Below are positions 63,408 through 64,000 of a stretch of 64,000 nucleotides of DNA, piece by piece. The notes below the pieces were generated by a model. That model was given only the letters and a program-made list of their open reading frames with translations, made no database searches and was not told the origin of the DNA. This stretch comes from Iphione sp. A-MEVVRFRX5 (lineage: Eukaryota): assembly GCA_976226885.1 (NCBI GenBank), contig OZ320317.1, forward strand, positions 79,670,001 through 79,734,000. Direction: 5' to 3'. The position numbers were made by a program, and so were the translations under genes. Every line of letters starts with the position of its first letter. The stretch's first letter is position 1.

Positions 63408-63420
63408 GTTGCTAAGTAAC
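63408..63420. promoter_or_regulatory. X-box variant
   Basis: GTTGCTAAGTAAC fits GTNRCN(0-3)RGYAAC. Confidence 0.4.
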
Positions 63421-63554
63421 AGGAAAACAGTCAATCAATCACGCAGGCCTTCGCCCATTTGTCTATCAGTATATTATCTCTAATCCTGCCGGTTGGCCGA
63501 CTATATCAGCGGATATTCATCTGAATATGAATATGGAATCCTAGAACCAGACTG

Positions 63555-63626
63555 CTGGTATCTCCCTGACCGGCGTAGGACCTGGGAGCGGCAGATTCAC
63601 CGAACACTATGATTTGGACTATGGCC
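63555..63626 (-). mobile_element. Possible second decayed tRNA-SINE head
   Basis: TCTCCCTGACCGGCGTAGGACCTGGGAGCGGCAGATTCACCGAACAC..GGACTATGG resembles the antisense of a tRNA-derived head. Both boxes are degenerate. Confidence 0.25.
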
Positions 63627-64000
63627 AAAATATGTATATTAACGAGTTTCCTTTCCTTCAAAACAGGATGTTGATAGAGTAACAGGTCTCGTATATCATG
63701 CGTGATACCAAGGTTAACCAGAACGGTATTTTACAGTGTGGTCATATTAGTAAATGTGAGAACTAAGTTGTCCTAGATGTCTTGTGAAGCCCTTCTCTCT
63801 TCATGCCATTATGGCGCAATCGGTATGACACCTGACGATTTACTTCCCGTGTTGTTCTTGTGATCAGATGCCACTTTGTTTTGCCGATAAAATAGTACAA
63901 TAACTATCACTAGGCTGCCACCATCCTGTCCCAAGCAGTGATAATAACCCTCCAGGCCTGTAGAACGCGTCGTTCAAAGCCATTGGTCACAGCAGTGCGG

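Noticed and set aside
1-64000. CRISPR arrays, rRNA, intact tRNA, conserved miRNAs (let-7, miR-1, -9, -10, -124 etc.), homeobox or reverse-transcriptase ORFs
   Set aside because: None seen on reading by eye. tRNAscan-SE, cmscan and blastx were not run, so weak cases could have been missed.

Overview
This is eukaryotic (animal) genomic DNA, most likely from an invertebrate: CpG is not visibly depleted, microsatellites are frequent, and there is one 174-N assembly gap. The TACATGTA enrichment reminds me of amphioxus/mollusc-type genomes, but I cannot establish the species. There is no operon, CRISPR array, rRNA, intact tRNA, intact transposase or long ORF, and almost all of the ORF track is low-complexity or chance. 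The best reading is a mostly non-coding, regulatory-rich region. It appears to hold a few tiny + strand exon candidates of one large, unidentified gene: the strongest is 32493-32555, others lie at 19112, 22260, 44735 and 57570, and several alternative promoters are possible. Also present are a cluster of RFX X-boxes (51.8-63.4 kb), co-oriented CTCF-like motifs, several decayed MITEs (two copies of one family), decayed tRNA-SINE heads, a 300-bp tandem duplication next to the gap, a decayed minisatellite family, and many simple repeats. I found no convincing novel biological system. The most testable leads are the micro-exon/alternative-promoter gene, the X-box cluster and the roughly 10-fold excess of TACATGTA. 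All gene models are unverified by-eye predictions.
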